From a bacterium (lineage in GTDB: Bacteria; Patescibacteriota; Saccharimonadia; Saccharimonadales; Saccharimonadaceae): a DNA stretch of 16,350 bases. Every line of letters starts with the position of its first letter. Within the stretch, counting starts at the first letter, position 1. Below the pieces are notes generated by a model that saw nothing but the letters and a program-made list of their open reading frames with translations, did no database searches and was not told the origin of the DNA. The position numbers and the translations under genes were made by a program. The stretch covers positions 1 through 16,350 of the forward strand of contig JAUIHN010000013.1 of assembly GCA_030432305.1 (NCBI GenBank). The letters run 5' to 3'. Below are positions 1 through 7,323 of the stretch, one piece after another.

Positions 1-65
1 GTTTTATTCTTGGCATTCTGCTCTACGGCTTCAGCATTCTCGCGGATGAATTTAATATCTAACAT
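1..65 (-). CDS. serS: Seryl-tRNA synthetase, 5' fragment (gene runs off the left edge of the window)
   Basis: The reverse complement of 1-65 reads ATG TTA GAT ATT AAA TTC ATC CGC GAG AAT GCT GAA GCC GTA GAG CAG AAT GCC AAG AAT AAA, giving MLDIKFIRENAEAVEQNAKNK. This matches the conserved MLD(I/L)K..R.N...V start of bacterial SerRS. It is absent from the ORF track because the window edge truncates it. Confidence 0.6.
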   Translation of the reverse strand, partial: MLDIKFIRENAEAVEQNAKNK

Positions 66-72
66 ACGCCTT

Positions 73-101
73 AGTATAGATGACAATGCGGGAGATACCA
101 A
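73..101 (-). promoter_or_regulatory. Putative sigma70-type promoter of serS (leaderless geometry)
   Basis: Minus strand: TTGGTA (101..96), 17-nt spacer, TATACT (78..73), 7 nt, ATG (65..63). Only a weak AAGG lies between the -10 box and the ATG. Confidence 0.45.
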
Positions 102-119
102 CATTACAATGACAGACTA

Positions 120-148
120 TTGACTTATTATAAAGCTTATGCTATAAT
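120..148 (+). promoter_or_regulatory. Near-consensus sigma70 promoter directly abutting the ATG at 156
   Basis: TTGACT (120-125), exactly 17 nt, TATAAT (143-148), 7 nt (tcacagc), ATG 156. The TTG that the ORF track uses as a start (120) is the -35 hexamer itself. Confidence 0.6.
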
Positions 149-155
149 TCACAGC

Positions 156-1085
156 ATGAGAAACCGAAACAAAAACAATCTCCACCCTGCAGCCCGAGTC
201 TTTGAAGACACTACCCCTATCTTTACCGACCGGGTAATCAATGACAATACCGCAAAACACCGTATTGAAGTAGAAAATATGAATAAAAGTGCAGATGATA
301 TGCTAGCGAAAGACTCATACGCACTTAAACTCAAAGCAGTTCCCCAAATATTCCATGAACAGAAGGATGAGAAGAATACCCCTGCAGCCCTCCTCCAGCC
401 TGAAAATCAACTAAACGATACAGAACCTTACTACATGCAAACCTGGCCAAAGAATAGTACTGACCGGATGGTTAATGACAATACCGCAAAACATCACCGA
501 GAAGTAGCAATTGCTCGAGCAGTTGATAATACCAGTCAACCGGGCAAACTCTCTAACCCCCGTGAATTTGAGGACACTTCACAAATATTCCACACCCTCC
601 CGCCAACCGACGAAGAATTTTGGGGTGAGCGAAAAGAAGCGCCCCGTACACTGCGCGTTGTACGCGGCATAGGATACTCAGCCCTTGAAGCAGTACAGAT
701 GACAGCAGCTACTATCTATTCAACTGCAGCATTTGTACCGGCAACTCTCATGATGGCCACGAAAACCGGCGAAAAGATGTGGCAAGGTATCGACGTAGCC
801 ACCTCAAAGCTGGGCGTACCTTCAGAGAACCCACTACGTCAACATGCCGCTAATTATATAGCTGCAGCTCCCCAGAACGCCGAGTGGCTCCAGAGTCATA
901 CCAAATCTATACTAGACGATGCCTTTGATATGGCTACAAAACCCGCCCCGAATCAAGAATGGAAAACTAAACTTAGGCGCGACTTAGTCGACAGCTATCT
1001 AAAGAAGGCTCGAGAAGCCTATGAGGTGCACGATCAAAAAGAGATGCGAGAGAATCTAGAGAGAGCTCGATTTCACCAGTACTGA
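156..1085 (+). CDS. Hypothetical protein (309 aa from ATG 156) with repeated short modules in the N-terminal half and a hydrophobic segment in the C-terminal half
   Basis: Long ORF with no competing ORF of similar length. Start is placed at the first ATG after the promoter. Repeated peptide modules are TDRVINDNTAKHRIEV / TDRMVNDNTAKHHREV and VFEDTTPIF / EFEDTSQIFH / VPQIFHE. The hydrophobic stretch is AVQMTAATIYSTAAFVPATLMMAT. I recognise no family. Confidence 0.6.
   Translation: MRNRNKNNLHPAARVFEDTTPIFTDRVINDNTAKHRIEVENMNKSADDMLAKDSYALKLKAVPQIFHEQKDEKNTPAALLQPENQLNDTEPYYMQTWPKNSTDRMVNDNTAKHHREVAIARAVDNTSQPGKLSNPREFEDTSQIFHTLPPTDEEFWGERKEAPRTLRVVRGIGYSALEAVQMTAATIYSTAAFVPATLMMATKTGEKMWQGIDVATSKLGVPSENPLRQHAANYIAAAPQNAEWLQSHTKSILDDAFDMATKPAPNQEWKTKLRRDLVDSYLKKAREAYEVHDQKEMRENLERARFHQY
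186..592 (+). repeat. In-frame dispersed direct repeats inside the 156-1085 ORF
   Basis: Three identical nucleotide cores recur: cctgcagcc at 186-194 and 381-389; aatgacaataccgcaaaaca at 240-259 and 474-493; caaatattcca at 345-355 and 582-592. Spacings are 195, 234 and 237 nt, all multiples of 3. Confidence 0.7.
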
Positions 1086-1087
1086 GG

Positions 1088-2839
1088 TCACCAACCGCCG
1101 CCTCCTCCACCGCCGCCTCCACCGCCGACGGAACCGCCTCCACCGGAGCCGCCACTGCTTGAGCTGGCGCTGCTGGCCTGTACCGAACTAGAGAAGCCCG
1201 ACATTGCTGTGCTAAAAGCAGCCGCGTTAAACGCTGTCCGACCGGCATACCAGCTAGGGTTTGTCTCGGTACTCACGTAGTATTCGCCAAGCCGCTTGCT
1301 CCACTGCTTTTCCTGGCCAAACAAGATGGCATATGGCAGCACTCTTTCGTACAGCTTCACCAGCTTCGCAGGGTTGGTCGCGTCTTTTGTTGCAACTTTC
1401 TCAGCGCCGTCGGGGCTTTGTAGCATCTTGAGGCGCTCTTCTTCGGCCACTTTGATATACATCTCCAGCCCCTTAAGATAGCGCCGTAATGCCAAACCGT
1501 CATCGCTGAGCACCCACAGCGTTTTACTAATTACAAATGCAACTATCGAGGCTACTAGCAGAGTCGGGCTCAAAAGCAGAATGGCTACAACGAACAAGAC
1601 TTTGGCCGCCTTGCTAAACCAGTGGCGCTTGGTCTCGTCTTCTTGCTTAAAATTATACTGTTTCCTCATCAGCTCGCGCAGCTTTTTGTCGTTATCTCTG
1701 AATCGTTTGTAAGCAGAGGTGTTGTTGTTGAGTGTTTTAAGCGCCAGGCGCTCGCCTACTTTGGGCATATGCCCGAACATGTCTTTAAGAATTTCCCTTT
1801 CTTCAGCGCGAAGATTGGAGGTATCCCGAACCACGTTAATGTCGTACTCGGCAGACCGCCAAAAAGATTTCTCTCTCGTTTCAATAATCTGAATGTAGTG
1901 GCGAACAGCCAAGTCGGTTAGTTCTGCAGCCGCGGTAGAATTGTGCCCAGGCGATACCGCCGCCGACACGGCCACGCTGGCGTTTTTAGGCGGAATGTAT
2001 TCGGGCACGATCGTGCCCACTTCGCTATCGCGATACGTCAGACGATGCGCGCGAATCGACATCCAGGCTATCACGGCAATGGCAATTACAGATGTAATAG
2101 CCGTCACCACAATCCAGACGCCAAATAGCTTTTCAAGTAGGCTCGGCTCATATTCAGCGAATGTCCCCTCCGAAAACCCAAGCGCAATGGTCACGCCGCG
2201 ACTCTGGCCACTATCCTGCACCGAAAGCCTATACACGCCAGTCGCGGTTTCCTCTGCCTCGCACGTTTCCGTGCTGCCCTCGCTCCCAGCGTAGCACTGC
2301 AAATCCGTCTCTACAGCGTCCTGCAGCTCCGGGGCAATCGTTAGCCACACCGAAGCCCGCTCTATAAGTACGCGCCACTCGGTACCTATAGCGTCCCAAT
2401 AAAATTCGTCTTTCCCGGTGTCTTCGTAGTGCCTCGTGACGTCGCGCTGCGTGTAGATAATCTGATACGTATTCAGCCCGTGCACATACTCATCTTTGTC
2501 GCCGATCCGTAAGGCATCGCCGCTCCAGTGATACGGCAGCTCGTTGCCGTTATCATCTGTCACCGACTCAAGTGAGAAGCTGGTGCCATGGCCATCATAA
2601 TCTTTCACCATCACCCGTTCGAGGCCGTGGTTTTCGTCGCTTTCAGGAAAATCTGCTGTAATCGTCTCGATAGTCCGTAGCGTCGAGCGACCATCGCTAT
2701 CCCGCCCTAGCTCCATCTCGACATCATAATTCGTGATGGTGAAGTTATTGACCGCCACCGCCTGTTTGCTACCAAAAAATGCTCCGATAAAAAGTTGAGC
2801 TACTAGTAGAAGTGCGACGACACCGACACGTTTGTTCAT
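1088..2839 (-). CDS. DUF2207-like membrane protein with Gly-rich C-terminal tail
   Basis: 583-aa ORF. It has an N-terminal signal or anchor (MNKRVGVVALLLVAQLFIGAFFG), a beta-rich ectodomain, internal TM helices (LFGVWIVVTAITSVIAIAVIAWMSI; VLFVVAILLLSPTLLVASIVAFVI) and a terminal SSSGGSGGGGSVGGGGGGGGGGGW. This architecture is typical of the DUF2207 family as I remember it. Confidence 0.75.
   Translation of the reverse strand: MNKRVGVVALLLVAQLFIGAFFGSKQAVAVNNFTITNYDVEMELGRDSDGRSTLRTIETITADFPESDENHGLERVMVKDYDGHGTSFSLESVTDDNGNELPYHWSGDALRIGDKDEYVHGLNTYQIIYTQRDVTRHYEDTGKDEFYWDAIGTEWRVLIERASVWLTIAPELQDAVETDLQCYAGSEGSTETCEAEETATGVYRLSVQDSGQSRGVTIALGFSEGTFAEYEPSLLEKLFGVWIVVTAITSVIAIAVIAWMSIRAHRLTYRDSEVGTIVPEYIPPKNASVAVSAAVSPGHNSTAAAELTDLAVRHYIQIIETREKSFWRSAEYDINVVRDTSNLRAEEREILKDMFGHMPKVGERLALKTLNNNTSAYKRFRDNDKKLRELMRKQYNFKQEDETKRHWFSKAAKVLFVVAILLLSPTLLVASIVAFVISKTLWVLSDDGLALRRYLKGLEMYIKVAEEERLKMLQSPDGAEKVATKDATNPAKLVKLYERVLPYAILFGQEKQWSKRLGEYYVSTETNPSWYAGRTAFNAAAFSTAMSGFSSSVQASSASSSSGGSGGGGSVGGGGGGGGGGGW
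1094..1153 (-). repeat. Low-complexity (GGN)n tract encoding the poly-Gly tail
   Basis: The plus strand reads accgccgcctcc (1094-1105), tcc, accgccgcctcc (1109-1120), accgcc and onward. It encodes 11 consecutive Gly, then V S GGGG S GG. Confidence 0.8.
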
Positions 2840-2845
2840 GTTTTT

Positions 2846-2851
2846 AGTGTA
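2846..2851 (-). promoter_or_regulatory. Candidate -10 box (TACACT) 6 nt upstream of the DUF2207 ATG
   Basis: Minus strand reads gcTACACTaaaaacATG with no Shine-Dalgarno. There is only a poor -35 candidate (aaGACAaa at about 19 nt). Confidence 0.3.
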
Positions 2852-2853
2852 GC

Positions 2854-2889
2854 AAAAAACTTCTTTCTTTTGTCTTGATACAAAAGAAA
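2854..2889 (-). terminator. Possible weak intrinsic terminator downstream of lysS
   Basis: Minus-strand RNA folds as UUUCUUUUGU (2889..2880), loop AUCAAG, ACAAAAGAAA (2873..2864), then GAAG and U6 (2859..2854). The stem is 10 bp but has only 2 G-C pairs. Confidence 0.35.
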
Positions 2890-3082
2890 CAAAACATCAA
2901 GTTCTCCGCTTTGTCACTCGACTCATCTGTTGTCATAGTGAACAATCGTCTTCGGAACTCGCTAAAGCTCAAACAACCTCGACTTGGCAGATCGTTCATA
3001 TGACGAACATCTGAATCGGGTGAGTCGCGAGGAACACTCAACACCATCAACCATAACCCTCAAAAGATATGCAGCTGCCTCG

Positions 3083-4585
3083 TTACAGCTTTAGCTCTGG
3101 ATAAATTGCCTTGGTGGTTTCGTCTATCTCGTGACGCAGTTGTGGGAATGGCACGCCTTCGCGCGCGGTGACACCTTCGAAAATCCAAAATACGCGCTCG
3201 GAGTATCCCCAGCCGCAAGCCGGCGGCATGCCGTATTCGAGCATTTCCACGTAGTCGATATCAAGCATCATGGCCTCGTCGTCACCGGCGTCGCGCATGC
3301 CCTGCTGTTCCTTGAAACGATCGAGCTGATCGATTGGGTCATTCAGCTCCGAGAACCCATTACCAAGCTCGCTACCGGCGATGACCGGCTGGAAACGCTC
3401 GGTGGCGCGTGGGTCGTCCGGGTTTTCTTTGCTAAGTGGAGAAACGAACTTTGGCGTATTCACCAGCCAAACCGGCCCAGTCACACTGGCGCGAACCTTC
3501 TTCCAGAGCTTATCGACGCCGCGCGGGATGCTATCAGTCTTCTCTACCTCAAGTCCATTCTCTTTTAGCTTGGCAGCGACTTCTTCGATTGTCGTATCAT
3601 ATACGTCTATATCGTAGTGCTTCTGGATCGTTTCGCGGTAATCCCACACTTCCCATTCGCCCGACATATCTACTTCAAAATCACCGAGCTTGAACTGTAA
3701 TGTGCCGAAGGTTTCCTGCAATACGTGCTTGTACATAGCTTCCATGAATTTCATGCCATCACGCCAATTCCAGTAGGCGGCATACCACTCCATCGCCACA
3801 TGTTCAGGCAGGTGCTCGTCAGTATAATTTTCGTTGCGAAAACGTGGGCCGAGGTCGTAGACTTTTTCAAAACCAGCACCCACCAGGCGTTTAAGCGGCA
3901 GCTCGTGACTAATGCGCAGATAAAATGGCTCGTCACCCAACGCGTCCATGTGCGTCACGAATGGATTAGCGTCAGCGCCACCGGTGGTGTGCTCGAGCAC
4001 AGGAATATTGACCTCAATAAAACCATTTTGATTCAAAAAATCGCGTGTCGCCTGCCAAAATTTAGAGCGGCGAACAAAGCGCTCACGCACCTCGGGGTTA
4101 ACGTTCATGTCGACGTAGCGACGGCGAAAACGCTCTTCTTTGTCGGTCAGTTTTTCGGGTGTCGGCCGGAGTGCTTTTGTCAGCAGCCTGAGAGTTGTAA
4201 CGCCCACCGAAATCTCGCCGGTCTGCGTTTTCATCACCTCGCCTGTCGCTTCGACAAAGTCGCCCGTGTCGAGTAGCGGCAGCTCTTTCATACCCAAGAT
4301 ACCTTTGGCGGCATCAAGCTCGGCTACTTCGCCGGCACGTAAAAATAGCTGTACTTGCCCGCTCATGTCACGCACCACGATAAACGCTAGCTTGCCAAAT
4401 TTACGGATACCAACAATCCGCCCCACTACTGTGACGACCTGGCCAGAAAGTTTGTCGAAACGATTCGTAACATCCGCCACGTCGTGCGTCCGCGCGCTAT
4501 CCGCCGGGTACGGGTTCACGCCTAATGCGCGCAATTCTTCTAGCTTGCGCAGTCGTTCATCCCGAAAATCCTGAAGTGTCGCCAT
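3083..4585 (-). CDS. lysS: Lysyl-tRNA synthetase, class II
   Basis: 500-aa ORF. It has an N-terminal OB-fold anticodon-binding region (VTVVGRIVGIRKFGKLAFIVVRDMSGQVQLF), a class II core (YDLGPRFRNE) and a C-terminal GMPPACGWGYSERV. Confidence 0.92.
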   Translation of the reverse strand: MATLQDFRDERLRKLEELRALGVNPYPADSARTHDVADVTNRFDKLSGQVVTVVGRIVGIRKFGKLAFIVVRDMSGQVQLFLRAGEVAELDAAKGILGMKELPLLDTGDFVEATGEVMKTQTGEISVGVTTLRLLTKALRPTPEKLTDKEERFRRRYVDMNVNPEVRERFVRRSKFWQATRDFLNQNGFIEVNIPVLEHTTGGADANPFVTHMDALGDEPFYLRISHELPLKRLVGAGFEKVYDLGPRFRNENYTDEHLPEHVAMEWYAAYWNWRDGMKFMEAMYKHVLQETFGTLQFKLGDFEVDMSGEWEVWDYRETIQKHYDIDVYDTTIEEVAAKLKENGLEVEKTDSIPRGVDKLWKKVRASVTGPVWLVNTPKFVSPLSKENPDDPRATERFQPVIAGSELGNGFSELNDPIDQLDRFKEQQGMRDAGDDEAMMLDIDYVEMLEYGMPPACGWGYSERVFWIFEGVTAREGVPFPQLRHEIDETTKAIYPELKL

Positions 4586-4594
4586 ATCTGTTAC

Positions 4595-4603
4595 ATTGTA
4601 CCA
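4595..4603 (-). promoter_or_regulatory. Extended -10 promoter of lysS (TGgTACAAT), 9 nt from the ATG
   Basis: Minus strand reads ctcgTGgTACAATgtaacagatATG. It lies immediately after the greA terminator and has no SD. Confidence 0.5.
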
Positions 4604-4610
4604 CGAGAAT

Positions 4611-4638
4611 CAAAAATAGCCGAAGATACACCTTCGGC
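4611..4638 (-). terminator. Rho-independent terminator after greA
   Basis: Minus-strand RNA: GCCGAAG (4638..4632), loop GUGUAU, CUUCGGC (4625..4619), followed by UAUUUUUG (4618..4611). Confidence 0.7.
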
Positions 4639-4657
4639 CATTTCACCCACTCGTTTC

Positions 4658-5113
4658 CTAGCTAATCTTTACAATCTCGTACGTCACCGAGCTCTTCGGT
4701 GTGGTAATCGTGGCGCTTTCGCCGACTTTTTTGCCCATCAGAGCTACCCCGATTGGTGATTCATTGCTAATTTTACCTTCCATCGGGTCAGCTTCAACCG
4801 GACCTACCAGTGTGTATGTCACGCTTTTGCCGTCGCTTTTTAGCTCGACGGTCGAGCCGACGCCAATCGTTGAGCCGTTGTTCGCCTTGATAATCTCGGC
4901 GTTCGCCAAAATATCTTCGATCTCAGCGATCCGAGTCTCGACCAGCGCCTGGTCCTCACGAGCCGTATCGTAGTCGGCATTTTCGCTGAGATCGCCGTAA
5001 TCACGCGCTTCAGCGATTTTATCAGCGATTTCACCACGTCGGCTTTTAAGAGTGTCAAGCTCCTGCTCGAGCTCTTTTTTGCCAGCTTCAGTAATCTGAT
5101 ATACTTTCTTCAT
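4658..5113 (-). CDS. greA: Transcription elongation factor GreA
   Basis: 151-aa ORF. It has an N-terminal coiled coil with the conserved acidic tip (DYGDLSENADYD) and a C-terminal Gre globular domain. An SD (AAGGAT) lies upstream. Confidence 0.9.
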   Translation of the reverse strand: MKKVYQITEAGKKELEQELDTLKSRRGEIADKIAEARDYGDLSENADYDTAREDQALVETRIAEIEDILANAEIIKANNGSTIGVGSTVELKSDGKSVTYTLVGPVEADPMEGKISNESPIGVALMGKKVGESATITTPKSSVTYEIVKIS

Positions 5114-5190
5114 AGTTCATCCTTTTTTAGGGTATTTGATTTTTGAAATGCCGCTAAGGACATTTATTAAGTAGTTTCTCGCAATGACAG

Positions 5191-6411
5191 TCATACCAGC
5201 TTAGCAAGCATCTCCTCTGGAGTCAATAGTACCGTCTCGCCGCTCATGCGGTTTGTATATTCGTATTGCTCCTTTTCGAGAAGACGATCACTCACGGTGA
5301 TGCGGTGCGGAATACCAAGCAGCTCGCTATCGGCAAACTTGGCGCCCGGACGTTCGTCGCGGTCGTCGTAGAGCACCTCAACACCCTTTTCCCTCAGCTC
5401 CTCATACAGCCTATCGGCCTCGGCCGCACCTTTGTCCCCGATGGACACTAGGTAGACCGTATACGGCGCAATGTTATCTGGCCAGACCAAACCCTTGTCG
5501 TCACTCAGTTTCTCGGCTATCACGCCCATCGCGCGAGTAATACCAATGCCATACGAACCGATAAACAGCGAGTGATCCTTGCCATCTTCGCCTACGTAGT
5601 AGAGATCCATCTCATCCGTCTTTTGCGTGCCGAAGTTGAAAATATTGCCGGTCTCGGCTGTCTTCACCGCTTCCAGCTCGTCCTTTTCGACCCCAAGTTC
5701 TTTCACCGCGTCGTCAAGCACTTCTTCGTTGATAGCAATATTCTTTGCTCGGTGCAGATAGATCACATCTTCGCCGGCGTCGCAAATCGTCTGAAACTCG
5801 TGGCTAAATTTCGTAAACGCGCCGCCACTTGCAAAGGTCACATATGTCTCGTCGCCGATGCCAAGTCTGTCATAGACACGCATGTAGGCATCAATCGCTT
5901 GGTTGTAGTACGCCTCAAGATCTTCTTTGGACGCGTGAAACGAGTACATATCCTTCATGATGAATTCACGACCGCGCATGATGCCGCTCTTAGCCCGCAG
6001 TTCATTGCGCATCTTGGTCTGGAATTGGTACAAACTGACCCGCACATATTGTTTCATCATCTCGACAATTGGCTCTTCATGGCTCCAACCCAGACCAAGC
6101 TCCGTATCGTCTTTTAGCTTGGTCTTAAACCACACGTCCACGATGTCGTCGTCCCACCGCGTTGTTTTGTCCCAGATTTCTTTGCGTTGCAGGGTGGTCA
6201 TGATGAGCTCGTTGCTGTCAATGCCGTCCATCTCTTCGCGTACAATCTGCTTGATTTTCTCAATCACACGAAGCCCAAGCGGTAAGTAGGCATACACACC
6301 AGCCATCTCCTTATGAACATAGCCAGCGCGAATCAAAAGCTGCGCATTCTTAGCCACTTCATCGGCTGGTGCCTCTTTTAGCGTCTTCGTAAATAGCTTT
6401 GAAACTCTCAT
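5191..6411 (-). CDS. proS: Prolyl-tRNA synthetase, bacterial-type core without the INS editing domain
   Basis: 406-aa ORF. The N-terminus MRVSKLF.KTLKEAP.....NAQLLIRAGY and the motif REFIMKDMYSFH are ProRS hallmarks. Only about 25 residues separate SHEFQ...GEDVIY from GNIFNFGTQKT, where E. coli ProRS carries a ~180-aa INS domain. An SD (AAGGAGA) lies upstream. Confidence 0.88.
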   Translation of the reverse strand: MRVSKLFTKTLKEAPADEVAKNAQLLIRAGYVHKEMAGVYAYLPLGLRVIEKIKQIVREEMDGIDSNELIMTTLQRKEIWDKTTRWDDDIVDVWFKTKLKDDTELGLGWSHEEPIVEMMKQYVRVSLYQFQTKMRNELRAKSGIMRGREFIMKDMYSFHASKEDLEAYYNQAIDAYMRVYDRLGIGDETYVTFASGGAFTKFSHEFQTICDAGEDVIYLHRAKNIAINEEVLDDAVKELGVEKDELEAVKTAETGNIFNFGTQKTDEMDLYYVGEDGKDHSLFIGSYGIGITRAMGVIAEKLSDDKGLVWPDNIAPYTVYLVSIGDKGAAEADRLYEELREKGVEVLYDDRDERPGAKFADSELLGIPHRITVSDRLLEKEQYEYTNRMSGETVLLTPEEMLAKLV

Positions 6412-6456
6412 AATATTTTCTCCTTTTAAGATATCAAGTATCTAAAAAATCTAAGT

Positions 6457-6481
6457 AAAAAGAAATCTACCGGCACGCCGG
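6457..6481 (-). terminator. Possible terminator after the CPBP gene
   Basis: Minus strand reads CCGGCGUGCCGG (6481..6470), a short G-C stem with a tight loop, followed by the U-rich UAGAUUUCUUUUU (6469..6457). Confidence 0.35.
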
Positions 6482-6522
6482 AATAAACTGTGGAGAAAGT
6501 AGCCCAGGCCTTTTGATGGTCA

Positions 6523-7320
6523 TTACACTCCTATTGTATTCAATATCGACGGATTTATAAAGAGGAGATAAAAGGCCACGCCGTTTTTTAGCATGTGCAG
6601 CAAAATCCCCGCCCAGATACTGCCTGTGATTTCGCGCAGCAGCACCATGATGATGGCTAGTGGCAGCACATTTATCGCCACATTCCACTGAAAGTGCATG
6701 AGTGAAAATAGGAGCGAACTGATAAGCATGGCTACGATAACAGGCATAATTTTTCTCAATTTCCCGTAGAGATAGCCGCGCACTAATACTTCCTCGGCAA
6801 TCGGTGCCACGACAACGAGTGTGATAAATGCCAAGGCGTATTCGTAATACCGAGTAATACTATCGAAGCCGACTTCCTGCACTTCTTCGGCGTCAAAACC
6901 AGGCACGAGTTCTGAAACAGCCAGTGTCAGTAGTCCGGCAAACAGTAAATAGACTATAAAACTAGCGGGTGTTAGCAAAATGTCCATCCAATCCGGTAGC
7001 CGTGTCAGCCCCAGCTCTTCTTTGGTCGTTTTAATGCCCTTTAGTTTATACGGCAATCCGACCACGATTAGGAGCGTCAGCGTGTACGCCAGCGCCGCGA
7101 ATGTGGCATTAAAAATCGATTCATTTATGGAGCCCGGTAGCAAAATGCCAATTGAAAATAGTAGCTGGATACCGCCTGAAAGTAGGAGGCTAGCCGCCAA
7201 AAAACCAACCAGCACCCAGGCAGGCAGGCCAATGCCAATCAAAATACGCTTTTTGAGCGGCAGCGCTTCCTGCTTAGGCTTCTGTTCTTTTTCGTCAGAT
7301 TTTTCTGGATGCTGCTTCAT
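6523..7320 (-). CDS. CPBP family intramembrane glutamic endopeptidase (CAAX protease / Abi-like)
   Basis: 265-aa polytopic membrane ORF carrying the three CPBP motifs: EEVLVRGY (EExxxR), FSLMH (FxxxH) and HMLKN (HxxxN). Confidence 0.85.
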   Translation of the reverse strand: MKQHPEKSDEKEQKPKQEALPLKKRILIGIGLPAWVLVGFLAASLLLSGGIQLLFSIGILLPGSINESIFNATFAALAYTLTLLIVVGLPYKLKGIKTTKEELGLTRLPDWMDILLTPASFIVYLLFAGLLTLAVSELVPGFDAEEVQEVGFDSITRYYEYALAFITLVVVAPIAEEVLVRGYLYGKLRKIMPVIVAMLISSLLFSLMHFQWNVAINVLPLAIIMVLLREITGSIWAGILLHMLKNGVAFYLLFINPSILNTIGV

Positions 7321-7323
7321 ATA

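Noticed and set aside
120-155. TTG at 120 as the start of the first ORF (321-aa version in the ORF track)
   Set aside because: The TTG is the first triplet of a TTGACT, 17 nt, TATAAT promoter. The first ATG after the predicted transcription start is at 156.
973-2367. ORFs overlapping the DUF2207 gene (973-1248 minus strand; 1296-2367 plus-strand set)
   Set aside because: These are shadow frames of the 583-aa gene and its Gly-tract. They are Ala/Pro/Arg-rich and have no start signals.
2844-3050. 68-aa ORF in the lysS-DUF2207 spacer
   Set aside because: It has no SD, no promoter-like element at its start and no recognisable features. It is kept only as a remote possibility under the spacer finding.
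3071-3078. GCAGCTGC palindrome just after the lysS stop as a terminator
   Set aside because: An 8-bp palindrome with no loop cannot form a stable hairpin, and there is no adjacent U-tract.
3131-6289. Multiple 60-183-aa ORFs antisense to lysS, greA and proS (for example 3725-4276 and 5572-6117)
   Set aside because: They lie entirely within, and antisense to, confidently identified housekeeping genes. Their compositions are low-complexity or Ser/Arg-rich, as expected of shadow frames.
6467-6688. 73-aa ORF spanning the CPBP 3' end and the downstream spacer
   Set aside because: It overlaps the CPBP coding frame and the putative terminator, and has no start signals.
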